Shown here: one piece after another, positions 52,929 to 62,308 of the stretch
Position numbering within the stretch: position 1 is the first letter of the stretch
Layout: each line of letters opens with the position of its first letter
NCBI GenBank assembly: GCA_963837345.1
Contig: CAWIMX010000001.1
Span: 58,981 to 122,980, forward strand
Reading direction: 5' to 3'
DNA length: 64,000 nucleotides
From: an uncultured Acidobacteriota bacterium
Lineage (GTDB): Bacteria; Acidobacteriota; Vicinamibacteria; Vicinamibacterales; CAVVIG01
The notes under the pieces: generated by a model
Told to the model about the DNA's origin: nothing
Database searches by the model: none
What the model saw: the letters and a program-made list of their open reading frames with translations, nothing else
Made by a program: the position numbers and the translations under genes

Positions 52929-55109
52929 TCACCGCCCCAGCTGCCGCTTCGCGTCGAGGGCGCGGGCCAGGTTCACCTTGGCATCCTCGAAATCGGGCTG
53001 GACGCCGAGGGCGCGGCGGAACAGGTCGATGGCCTCGTCCAGGCGCCCTTCCGACCCCAGGGCGATGCCGAGATTGTTCATGGCGCCGACCGATCGCGGC
53101 GCCAGGCGAAGCGTCTCCCGAAACTCGGCTTCGGCTTCCGGCAGCCGTCCCTGCTCGAGCAGCGTGCTGGCGAGGTCGTAGCGGGCCGATGCGTCTTCGG
53201 GCGCCAGCGCCACAGCCCGCCGCAGCTCTTCGAGCGCCGCCTCTGACGATCCGCGGGCGGCCAGCACTTTGCCGAGATTGAGCCGGGCCGCCGAGGAATC
53301 CGGGTCGAGCCCGAGCGCCGTCTGAAACTCCGCGATCGCTTCGTCGGCGCGGCCCGCGTCGTTGAGCGCGATGCCCAGGTTGTTGTGGATGTCGACCGAT
53401 CCCGGCTGTGCCGCGGCAGCCGCCCTGAACTGCTCGATGGCTTCGTCGATTTGCCCCTGTGCGCGCAGCGCATTCGCCAGGTTGTAATGGGCGTCGCCAT
53501 AGTCGGGCGTCACCGCGATCGCATGCTCGAACGCGTTCACCGCCTCGTCCAGGCGGCCCTCGGCGCGCAGCGCCGTACCCATATTGTTGTACGCAGGCGA
53601 GTAGTCGCCGTCGAACGCCAGGGCCCGCTGGTAGTGATCGATGGCGTCCCGGTAGTGGCCGGCTTCCTGAAGGGCCGCGCCGAGATTGTTCTCGGTCACG
53701 GCTTGCATGGTCGCCGTGGACAGCATAGGCCAGTTGACGCACACCGCCACGACGCCGAGAGCCACGAGCACTTCCACCCGTCGTCGCACCGTCGAGGCGC
53801 GGAAGAACGCGGCGGCCGAGACCGCGCCCGCGGCGGCGAACAGCACCAGGAACGGCACCAGCGGGAATCGATAGCGGGCGAACACGTAGAAGAGCACGAC
53901 GCTGGCGGCATAGGCTCCCACGAGCGCGTAGAGCACGCCGAGCCGCCGCCGATCGCCCCAGCTGGCGATGACGCCGAACAGCGCCAGCGGCACGAGCACG
54001 CCGAAGTGTCCGACGAAGCCCGTCACGCGCAGCGGCGTCGACCAGTCCGCATACGTCGCCTGGCTCTCCGTGTCGAGCATCTCGTCGGCGTTCCACACGA
54101 GCGCCGTCTTGCGCGCGAGGAGCTTCAGCCAGGCGCCGGGGTGCGCGTCGATGAACCCGAGGGCCTGGTCGGTCCAGTAGCTCGACACCTCGGCGGGCGT
54201 CAGGCGGCGCCCCGACGCCTGCTCCGCCAGATCCGTCGCATCCTGTCGCTCGTATTCCGGGGAGCCGCGCCCCTCGCGAAGGGACCCGTACGTGCCGTCG
54301 GCGCGCGCGTTGTTGCCGATGTAGAAGTTCGGACCGAACTGGGACGTCGTGATGAAGAACTGACCGCCGACGACCTGATTGCGCACGGCCACCGGCAGCA
54401 GCACGATCGCAAGCCCCGCGAGGAATACGGCGCCCGTCACAAGCCCCTCGCGGCGGGAACGCGGGCGGAGCGCCGCCCAGGCCAGGATCACCGCGATGAA
54501 GACCAGCGCGTTCTCCCGCGTCAGGCTCAGTGCGCCCATGGCCAGGCCCAGGCCGAGCCACGTGCGCGTCCTCCCGTGGCCCCCGATGATGATCGACAGG
54601 AGCCAGAGCGACAGGCAGATGAAGAAGACGTCGAGGACCGACTTCTGGATGAGCGCGTCGAAGAAGATCGCGGGCGCGTAGAGCGCGAGCGCCAGACCGG
54701 CCACCAGACCCGTCCTCGCCGAAAACAGACGCCGCGCGGTGAGCGCCAGGAGCACCGACGAGGCACTGCCCACCACCGCCTGGCACACGCGCACGGTCAC
54801 GAGACTCGGACCGGCGATCGTATAGAGCAGGCCGAGGAAATACGGATAGAGGGGCGCCTGATAGAACACGTCGTGGCCGACCCAGTCGCCGCCCGCGATC
54901 TGGCGCGCCCACTCGTCATAACCGCGGGCGTCGCCCATCAGGACGGTGAAGAACGGCGCCCGGTGAATCTGCCACACGTGCAGCAGCCGCACGGCAAGGG
55001 CCACAGCCGCGACGAGCGCGACCTGCCACAGGACCCTCGCCTCCGGCGACGCGGCCGGCGCCGGCTGGGCAGTGGCGGACAGCGGAGGAGACCGTCGGGA
55101 TCGTGCCAT
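52929..55109 (-). CDS. GT39/ArnT-PMT-like GT-C glycosyltransferase with C-terminal TPRs
   Basis: DARGYDEWA..IA.G......FYQAPLYPYFL, polytopic core, LTREN, RN, NFYIGNN, RYRFP, NNLG-type TPRs. Confidence 0.82.
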   Translation of the reverse strand: MARSRRSPPLSATAQPAPAASPEARVLWQVALVAAVALAVRLLHVWQIHRAPFFTVLMGDARGYDEWARQIAGGDWVGHDVFYQAPLYPYFLGLLYTIAGPSLVTVRVCQAVVGSASSVLLALTARRLFSARTGLVAGLALALYAPAIFFDALIQKSVLDVFFICLSLWLLSIIIGGHGRTRTWLGLGLAMGALSLTRENALVFIAVILAWAALRPRSRREGLVTGAVFLAGLAIVLLPVAVRNQVVGGQFFITTSQFGPNFYIGNNARADGTYGSLREGRGSPEYERQDATDLAEQASGRRLTPAEVSSYWTDQALGFIDAHPGAWLKLLARKTALVWNADEMLDTESQATYADWSTPLRVTGFVGHFGVLVPLALFGVIASWGDRRRLGVLYALVGAYAASVVLFYVFARYRFPLVPFLVLFAAAGAVSAAAFFRASTVRRRVEVLVALGVVAVCVNWPMLSTATMQAVTENNLGAALQEAGHYRDAIDHYQRALAFDGDYSPAYNNMGTALRAEGRLDEAVNAFEHAIAVTPDYGDAHYNLANALRAQGQIDEAIEQFRAAAAAQPGSVDIHNNLGIALNDAGRADEAIAEFQTALGLDPDSSAARLNLGKVLAARGSSEAALEELRRAVALAPEDASARYDLASTLLEQGRLPEAEAEFRETLRLAPRSVGAMNNLGIALGSEGRLDEAIDLFRRALGVQPDFEDAKVNLARALDAKRQLGR

Positions 55110-55161
55110 TCCGTCGATTCGGCGGGATCTCCGTATGCTAGCATCAGACCACGTGGTCTCC

Positions 55162-57234
55162 ATGCCGACGGGACGTTCGACGCTCGCACGTGCGGGCGCG
55201 GCCGCGGCCTGCCTCTTCTCGATGTCGTCGTTCGCACGCCTCGCCGCGCAGACACCGGCGGCGCCGACCTTCACCAGCGACATCGCGCCCATCGTCTACG
55301 CGCAGTGCGTCTCGTGCCATCGCCCGGACGGTGTGGGACCGTTCAGCCTGCTGAGCTATCAGGACGTGAAGGCGCACGCCGCGCAGATCGCGGACGTGAC
55401 CAGACGACGCGTGATGCCGCCGTGGAAGGCCGTCGGCATGAACGGCGTGTTTCTCGACGAGCGTGTGCTCAGCGATGCCGAGATTCAGACGATTCGCGCG
55501 TGGGTGGACGCGCGCACGCCCGAAGGCGATCCAGCCGACCTGGCTCCTCCACCCGACGCCCACGGCGGCTGGCAGCTCGGCACGCCGGATCTCGTCGTGA
55601 CGCTGGCGCAGCCCTACGAACTGGAGCCGAGCGGCACCGACGTCTTTCGGACATTCGTGGTGCCGATTCCGCTGACCGAACCGCACTGGGTGAAGGCCGT
55701 CGAATTCCAGCCCGGCAACCCGCGCGCCATTCATCATGCGAGCTTCGGCATCGATCGGACGCGATCCTCCAGGCGGCTCGATCTGCTCGATCCGGAGCCC
55801 GGCTACGTCGGCGGGATGGTCGAGGACGCGCGCTATCCCGAAGGCCAGCTGCTCGGCTGGACGCCGGGACGCGCGGCGCAGCCCTCGCCGCCCGACATGG
55901 CCTGGCGCCTCGAGGCCGGCAGCGATCTCGTGATGCAGCTCCACATGCCGCCCACCGGCCGCGTCGAGCGCGTGCAGCCGAGCGTCGGTTTCTACTTCAT
56001 CGACCAGGCGCCGACACGCACGCCGGTCGGGCTGCGTCTCGGCAGCGAAACGATCGATATCCCCGCCGGCGATCCCGACTACACGATCTCCGACACGTAC
56101 GTCCTGCCGGTGGACGTCGAGCTGATCGCCGTCCAGCCGCATGCGCACTACCTGGGTCATCAGATGAACGCCATCGCCATTCTGCCGGACGGATCGCGGC
56201 AGGCGCTCATCACCATCGACGACTGGGACTTCCGCTGGCAGGACGTGTATCGGTACCGGATGCCGGTGGCGCTGCCCGCGGGCACGACGATCGCCATGCG
56301 GTACACGTACGACAACTCCGACGCCAACGTACGCAATCCGAGCCATCCGCCGCGCCGCGTCGAGTGGGGCCAGAACACCACCGACGAGATGGGCGATCTC
56401 TGGCTTCAGATGGTGCCCACCCATGCCGACGATGTTTCCTACTTGACCCGCGACATCCAGCGAAAGGGCCGACTGGCCGATCTCGCCGCCTACACGCGTC
56501 TCATGGAGGAAGATCCGGCCAACCCTCTGCGGCACGACATGGTCGGCATGCTGCACCTGCAGGGCGGCGAGTACGAGGAGGCCGTCGCCCAATTTCAGGA
56601 ATCGCTCCGCCTCAACCCGAATTCCGCCCCCACGCACTACAACCTCGGCGTGGCACTGTCGGCGCTCCATCGGGGGCAGGACGCGGCCGTGGAGTTCGCC
56701 GAGACGGTTCGCCTCGACCCGAACCACGCCGACGCCCACAACAACCTGGGCGCCCTGCTCAACGCCTTCGGCCGCCTCGACGACGCGCGCACGGAATATG
56801 AGCGGGCGATCGCCCTGCGTCCCGACAACGTCGAGGCCCACAACAATCTCGGTCGACTTCTCCTGCTCCAGGGCGAGACGCCGGCGGCCATCGCCCAGTT
56901 CCGTCGGGCCCTCGAGCTCAGGCCCGACTGGCCCGACGGGCTGACCAGCCTGGCATGGGCGATCGCGACGACGGCAGATCCCGCCCTGATGAACAGCGGC
57001 GAGGCGGTGGCGCTTGCCGAGCGAGCCGCCGGGCTGACACGTCGGACGAACGCACTGACGATGGATGCCCTGGCGGCCGCTTATGCGGCCGCCGGCCGGT
57101 TCGACGAGGCCGTCCTGGTGGCCGGCGAGGCCGTCAACCTGGCCGCCAGCGCCGGCTCCGCGCGACTCGTGCTCGACATTCAGGCGCGGCGCGAGATGTA
57201 CGCCGGCCGCACGCCGTTTCACCTCACGCCGTGA
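55162..57234 (+). CDS. Exported cytochrome c + copper type II (PHM/DBH-like) monooxygenase + TPR protein A
   Basis: Signal peptide, CVSCH...MPPW, AIHHA, QLHM, QPHAHY, WDFRWQ, DEMG, C-terminal TPRs. Confidence 0.82.
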   Translation: MPTGRSTLARAGAAAACLFSMSSFARLAAQTPAAPTFTSDIAPIVYAQCVSCHRPDGVGPFSLLSYQDVKAHAAQIADVTRRRVMPPWKAVGMNGVFLDERVLSDAEIQTIRAWVDARTPEGDPADLAPPPDAHGGWQLGTPDLVVTLAQPYELEPSGTDVFRTFVVPIPLTEPHWVKAVEFQPGNPRAIHHASFGIDRTRSSRRLDLLDPEPGYVGGMVEDARYPEGQLLGWTPGRAAQPSPPDMAWRLEAGSDLVMQLHMPPTGRVERVQPSVGFYFIDQAPTRTPVGLRLGSETIDIPAGDPDYTISDTYVLPVDVELIAVQPHAHYLGHQMNAIAILPDGSRQALITIDDWDFRWQDVYRYRMPVALPAGTTIAMRYTYDNSDANVRNPSHPPRRVEWGQNTTDEMGDLWLQMVPTHADDVSYLTRDIQRKGRLADLAAYTRLMEEDPANPLRHDMVGMLHLQGGEYEEAVAQFQESLRLNPNSAPTHYNLGVALSALHRGQDAAVEFAETVRLDPNHADAHNNLGALLNAFGRLDDARTEYERAIALRPDNVEAHNNLGRLLLLQGETPAAIAQFRRALELRPDWPDGLTSLAWAIATTADPALMNSGEAVALAERAAGLTRRTNALTMDALAAAYAAAGRFDEAVLVAGEAVNLAASAGSARLVLDIQARREMYAGRTPFHLTP

Positions 57235-57304
57235 AACCTGCCGCGGAGCGCTCCGGTCGCCGAGGAGGCGTGAACGTGCTACGCTAGATTCTCCGGAATT
57301 CCAT

Positions 57305-57910
57305 ATGGGACAGCGAGTTGCGCGGCGCCGAAGACGGTCGGTCGTGGCGGGGGTCGTGGGCGGCATCGCTCTGGTGGCCGCCGCGCTGGCGGCGGCGGAC
57401 GCACCCCTCACCCTGGCCGATCTCACCGGCGCGGCCGTCGCGCCGCTCGTCCCCGCCCCGGACGTCCGCGCGACGGTCGTGGTCTTCATCAGCGTCGAGT
57501 GTCCGGTGTCGAACCGGTACGCTCCCGAGCTGCGCCGCCTCGCAGAAAAGTACGGCGCCCAGGGCATCCGTTTCTTTCCGGTCTACGCCAATCCGAATGA
57601 ATCGACGGCCGACATCGAAGCCCACCTGCGCGACTTCGGGTATCCGGGCCGTGCGCTCCGCGACCCGAAACACGCGCTCGTCACGCACGTCGGGGCCAGC
57701 GTCACGCCAGAAGCGGCGCTGTTCGACGCGCGGGGTCGGCTCGTCTATCACGGCCGCATCGACAACCGCTACGTGAGCCTCGGCGTCGAACGGCCGTCCG
57801 CGACGGTCCACGATCTGGACGACGCCATCGCGGCGACGCTTGCCGGCGAGTCCGTGGCGCAGCCGGTCACGCAGGCGGTCGGCTGCTACCTGGCCGATTT
57901 CGTGCGATGA
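57305..57910 (+). CDS. Exported redoxin (thioredoxin-like AhpC/TSA fold)
   Basis: VVVFISVECPVS (CxxS), ..TPE, YHGRIDN, AVGC; N-terminal basic plus hydrophobic leader. Confidence 0.8.
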   Translation: MGQRVARRRRRSVVAGVVGGIALVAAALAAADAPLTLADLTGAAVAPLVPAPDVRATVVVFISVECPVSNRYAPELRRLAEKYGAQGIRFFPVYANPNESTADIEAHLRDFGYPGRALRDPKHALVTHVGASVTPEAALFDARGRLVYHGRIDNRYVSLGVERPSATVHDLDDAIAATLAGESVAQPVTQAVGCYLADFVR

Positions 57911-59967
57911 CCACGCCGCGGCCGGCGGGGATCGTCCTTGCCGCCTGTCTGGCCGCCTTCCCGGCCGGCGCCGCCGCGCAGGAGTCGTCGCCGGCCGCGC
58001 CGACGTTTGCGAACGACGTCGCTCCGCTCCTCTTCGACCGGTGCGCCGCCTGCCATCAGCCCGGAGGCTCGGGCCCATTCAGCCTGTTGACCTATGCAGA
58101 CGTCCGCCAGCACGCGCGACAGATCGCCGAGGTGACGGCCAGCCGCTACATGCCGCCGTGGAAAGCCGAGCCCGGGTACGGGGGGCCGTTCGTGGGTCAA
58201 CATCCGCTGAGCGACGCCGAGATCGCCCTGATCCGCCGCTGGGTCGACGCCGGCACCCCCGAAGGCAACCCTGCGGCCGTCCCGAAGCCGCCGGCCCTCA
58301 CGCAGGGGTGGGAGCTCGGCAAGCCCGACAAGATCGTCACGCTCTCGGAGCCCTATCGTCTTCAAGCCGACGGCACCGACGTGTTCCGGGTGTTCGTCGT
58401 CCCGGTACCCGTCGACGGAATGACGTTCGTGCGCGGGCTCGAGTTCCATCCCGGCAATCCCAAGGTGGTGCATCACGCGAACATCCGCGTCGATCCCACA
58501 CCGGCCTCTCGGAAGATGGACGACGCCGATCCGGAGCCGGGTTATCGCGACATCATCCTTCGCTCCGCGCAGTACCCGGACGGGCACTTTCTCGGCTGGA
58601 CGCCCGGGCAGGTCGCGCCGCTGCTGCCCAAGGGCCTCGCATGGCGCCTCGCCCCCGGTACGGATCTGGTCGTCGAGATCCACATGCAGCCGGACGGCAG
58701 ACAGGAGCTGGTACAACCTGAGATCGGGTTGTTCTTCGGATCCGATCCACCGGACCGCGTGCCCGTGATGCTGCGTCTGGGCGATCAGCGCATCGACATT
58801 CCCGCCGGCGAGAAGACCTACACCATTACCGATTCCTACACGCTGCCCGTCGACGCCGAGATCGAGGCCGTGCAGCCCCACGCGCACTATCGGGCCCGCG
58901 AGATCCGCGGGCAGGTGACGCTGCCGGACGGCGCCACGAAATGGCTCATCTACATCAAGGATTGGGATTTCAAGTGGCAGCATGTTTATCGCCTCGAACA
59001 CCCGTACTGGGTGCCCAAGGGATCGACGCTGTCGATGCGATACGTTTACGACAATTCGTCGGACAATCCCCACAACCCGCAGCAGCCGCCCGAGCACGTG
59101 CACTGGGGCCAGCGGTCGCGCGATGAAATGGGCGACCTCTGGGTCCAGGTGCTCACGCGATCTGACCGCGATCGCGACGCGCTCATCGCGTCGTTCCGCC
59201 CGAAGGTCCTGACCGAGGACGCCTACGGCTACGAGTCGATGATCCGCTCGGAGCCAGACGTGCCCGAACTGCACGACGACGTGGCCCTGATTTATCTCGA
59301 GCTCGGACAGATCGCCAAGGGCGTCGAGCATTTTCAGGCGTCGGCGACGATGCGTCCCGACTCGGCCCAGGTTCACTTCAACCTCGGCACCGCGCTCACG
59401 ATGGCCGGACGGCTCGACGAGTCGATCGTCGAGTACCGGCGGGCGATTGCGCTGCAGGCCGACTACGGCAGCGCCCACAACAACCTCGGCAACGTGCTGT
59501 TCTCACTGGGCCGGCGTGACGAGGCCATCCGCGAATTCGGCGAAGCCGTCCGCCTCGACCCGGGCAACGCACAGGCGCACTTCAGCATGGGCCTGGCGCT
59601 GCGCAGCGGGGGCGACATCCAGGGCGCCATCGGCCATTACCGCCAGGCCCTCGCGCTCAAGCCCGACTGGCCCCCCGCCCTTGCCAACCTCGCCTGGCTC
59701 CTGGCGGCGGCGCCCGACTCGGCGCGACGCAACTCGGGCGAGGCGGTCCGGCTGGCGGAACACGCCGTCGAGCTGACTGATGGCCGCGATCCGGAGGCCC
59801 TGGACGTGCTCGGGGCCGCCTACGCGGCCGACGGCGCGTTCGATCGTGCCCTCGACGCCGTGAGCCGGGCCCTTCGCCTGGCCCCGGACGGCGGCCCGTC
59901 CTCAGCCGCGATGCGGCAGCGACAGGACCTCTACCGTCGGAATCAGGCCTTCGTCCTCGCCCCGTAA
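57907..59967 (+). CDS. Exported cytochrome c + copper type II monooxygenase + TPR protein B
   Basis: CAACH...MPPW, VVHHA, EIHM, QPHAHY, WDFKWQ, DEMG, TPRs; ATGA overlap with the redoxin. Confidence 0.82.
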   Translation: MTTPRPAGIVLAACLAAFPAGAAAQESSPAAPTFANDVAPLLFDRCAACHQPGGSGPFSLLTYADVRQHARQIAEVTASRYMPPWKAEPGYGGPFVGQHPLSDAEIALIRRWVDAGTPEGNPAAVPKPPALTQGWELGKPDKIVTLSEPYRLQADGTDVFRVFVVPVPVDGMTFVRGLEFHPGNPKVVHHANIRVDPTPASRKMDDADPEPGYRDIILRSAQYPDGHFLGWTPGQVAPLLPKGLAWRLAPGTDLVVEIHMQPDGRQELVQPEIGLFFGSDPPDRVPVMLRLGDQRIDIPAGEKTYTITDSYTLPVDAEIEAVQPHAHYRAREIRGQVTLPDGATKWLIYIKDWDFKWQHVYRLEHPYWVPKGSTLSMRYVYDNSSDNPHNPQQPPEHVHWGQRSRDEMGDLWVQVLTRSDRDRDALIASFRPKVLTEDAYGYESMIRSEPDVPELHDDVALIYLELGQIAKGVEHFQASATMRPDSAQVHFNLGTALTMAGRLDESIVEYRRAIALQADYGSAHNNLGNVLFSLGRRDEAIREFGEAVRLDPGNAQAHFSMGLALRSGGDIQGAIGHYRQALALKPDWPPALANLAWLLAAAPDSARRNSGEAVRLAEHAVELTDGRDPEALDVLGAAYAADGAFDRALDAVSRALRLAPDGGPSSAAMRQRQDLYRRNQAFVLAP

Positions 59968-59997
59968 CTATTTCTCTCCTCGGCAGTCTTCCCTGTT

Positions 59998-60621
59998 GTG
60001 AGCGCTGCAAGCCGCGGAACCGACGAAGCCCTGATGCTGGCGGTTCGGGAGGGCGACGTCGGCAGGCTCGGCGAGCTGTTCGAGCGCTACCACGCGCCGC
60101 TCTTCGACTTCCTCAGCCGGGTCACGGGCGACCGGACAGCGGCCGAGGACCTGGTCCAGGACGTCTTCGTCCGGGTGCTCAAGTATCGGCGCACCTATCG
60201 CGACGACAGCTGCTTCGAAGCCTGGTTGTACCGCATCGCGCGGAACGCGCGGGCGGATCACTTCAGGCAGCGGCGGGCGGCAGAGCCGCTGGGCAACCGG
60301 GAGCTGGACCTCCCGGCGCTGACGCCGGGACCGCAGCAGCAGCTCGAGGCGCGGCGCGACGCGGAATCCGTGAAGCGTGCGCTCGATCAGCTGCCCGACG
60401 ACAAACGGGAGCTGCTCGTCCTGGCGAAGTACCGGGACATGCGATACGAGCGCATCGCCGAGATCCTGGAGATCGAAGTCGGGACGGTGAAAGTGCGCGT
60501 GCACCGAGCGGTGAAAGAGCTGCGAGCGCTGCTTCTGCGCGACCACGAAGCGCCGCCGTCAGCCGACGAGGAACGAACATGGAATGCGAAGAAATCCGCG
60601 ATCGCCTTGCGGCGCGTCTGA
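59998..60621 (+). CDS. ECF RNA polymerase sigma factor
   Basis: AEDLVQDVF, FEAWLYRIARN, region 4 YERIAEIL..GTVK.RVHRA. Confidence 0.92.
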   Translation: MSAASRGTDEALMLAVREGDVGRLGELFERYHAPLFDFLSRVTGDRTAAEDLVQDVFVRVLKYRRTYRDDSCFEAWLYRIARNARADHFRQRRAAEPLGNRELDLPALTPGPQQQLEARRDAESVKRALDQLPDDKRELLVLAKYRDMRYERIAEILEIEVGTVKVRVHRAVKELRALLLRDHEAPPSADEERTWNAKKSAIALRRV

Positions 60622-61397
60622 CCCGCGATCTTCAGGCTGGCGACGAGGCGGCCGTCGCCGCCCATCTGGCGTCGTGCGCCGCCTGTCGCGACGAGGCCGC
60701 GGTGCTCGCCGACGGATGGGCGGCCCTCGACACGATACCGCCCGAGCGTCCTGACTCGGCGGGGATGCGTGCGCGGTTCGATGCCGCGCTGGATCTGTAT
60801 CGCGAGGGGTTGGCCGGCGCCGCCGCGCCGGGCGCGTGGGATCGCCTCAACGCCTGGATGGCCGGATGGTGGCCCCGCCGGCCGGCGTGGCAGTTCGGGC
60901 TCGCCGTGCTCTTCCTGGCCTCCGGCCTGATCCTCGGACGCGGCCGGACGCCGGCCCCTCCCGTCGACACGCCCACGATCACGGAGCTGCGCCAGGAGCT
61001 GCACGACACGCGCGAGATGGTGATGCTGTCGCTGCTGCAGCAGTCCTCGGCCGCCGAGCGCCTGCGCGGCGTGAGCTGGAGCGAGCAGATCGACGCGCCT
61101 GGCAACACCGTCGTGACCGCATTGCTCGACTCGCTGGCGCACGATTCGAACGTGAACGTCCGCCTCGCCTGCGTGGATGCGCTGCGCCGCTTCGGCGCCG
61201 ACCCGCGGGTGCGCCAGGGCGCGATCCAGACGCTCGACGATCGGTCGGCGCCGCTCGTCCAGATTGCGCTCATCGATTTCGTCGTCGAGACCGGGGAACG
61301 CGACGCCGTGAGCGCCTTGCGCCGCCTGTCGCAGGATGCGGCACAGGACGAGTCCGTGCGGGGGCGCGCGGCCTGGGGCGTCGATCAACTGAGCTGA
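60579..61397 (+). CDS. Zinc-binding anti-sigma factor (zf-HC2) with TM helix and periplasmic HEAT repeats
   Basis: MEC...HLASCAAC (HxxxCxxC), TM segment, DSNVNVRLACVDAL. Confidence 0.85.
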   Translation: MECEEIRDRLAARLTRDLQAGDEAAVAAHLASCAACRDEAAVLADGWAALDTIPPERPDSAGMRARFDAALDLYREGLAGAAAPGAWDRLNAWMAGWWPRRPAWQFGLAVLFLASGLILGRGRTPAPPVDTPTITELRQELHDTREMVMLSLLQQSSAAERLRGVSWSEQIDAPGNTVVTALLDSLAHDSNVNVRLACVDALRRFGADPRVRQGAIQTLDDRSAPLVQIALIDFVVETGERDAVSALRRLSQDAAQDESVRGRAAWGVDQLS

Positions 61398-61422
61398 CGA
61401 ATCCGCGAACGGGACGAGGACC

Positions 61423-62271
61423 ATGGCTCCATTCATCGCATTCATTTCCTGGCTGCTGTCGGCGCTGACGACGCTGCTGATGCTGGCGGCGGTTTCCGCG
61501 CAGGCGGGCGACGCCGACACCGTGACGCGAACGCTCCACTGGTCCGGAACGGGACGCCGCTCGCTCGAGGTCAGCAACGTCAGCGGATCGGTCCGCGTGA
61601 TCGGCTTCGACGGATCCACTGTCGAGCTCGTCGCTCATCGGACGCCGCCGCGGTCTGGCGATCGGAACGAGCCGGAGTTGGCATTCCGCGAGGGCGGCGA
61701 TGCCCTTCGCGTGTGCGGCGACGGTGAACGCTGCGGGTGCCACGTCGAACGCGACGATCCGAGACGCTGGCGGCGCGACGACGATCGCGGATCCGTGGAT
61801 CTCGAGCTGCGCGTTCCCCGCGACACGGCGCTCACCGTCTGCGCCATCAACCACGGCGAGGTCACGGTCGACGGCATGGCGGGTCACTTCGACGTCTCGA
61901 ACGTGAACGGCGCCGTCAGCCTCTCCGACATGCGCGGATCCGGATCGGCGACGACCGTCAACGGCGACGTGACCGTCGGGTTCGCGGCCGCGCCGCAGTC
62001 GGCGTCGAGCTTCAAGACGGTCAACGGCGACATCGAAGTCCGCCTGCCGCGGACGCTGGCAGCCGATCTCCGGCTGAAGACCATGAACGGCGGCCTGTTC
62101 ACCGATTTCGACGTGACCGCACTGCCGGCACCGACGGCGACGGTCGAGCGGCGCAATGGCCGCTTCGTGTATCGCAGCAACCGCTTCGCCTCGGTCCGCG
62201 TGGGCGGCGGGGGCCCGGAGCTCACGTTCGAAGGGTTGAACAGCGAGATCCGGGTGCTGCGCAACGATTGA
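61423..62271 (+). CDS. DUF4097 beta-strand-repeat protein
   Basis: Repeated NVNG/TVNG/TMNG units; N-terminal hydrophobic leader. Confidence 0.8.
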   Translation: MAPFIAFISWLLSALTTLLMLAAVSAQAGDADTVTRTLHWSGTGRRSLEVSNVSGSVRVIGFDGSTVELVAHRTPPRSGDRNEPELAFREGGDALRVCGDGERCGCHVERDDPRRWRRDDDRGSVDLELRVPRDTALTVCAINHGEVTVDGMAGHFDVSNVNGAVSLSDMRGSGSATTVNGDVTVGFAAAPQSASSFKTVNGDIEVRLPRTLAADLRLKTMNGGLFTDFDVTALPAPTATVERRNGRFVYRSNRFASVRVGGGGPELTFEGLNSEIRVLRND

Positions 62272-62308
62272 GTCCAGGCGACGACCTGGTTGCAGGGAGA
62301 ACACGACC

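Noticed and set aside
31453-60000. Mobile genomic island or prophage
   Set aside because: No integrase, transposase, tRNA or flanking direct repeats seen; most coding regions have host-like GC, and only the spacers are AT-rich.
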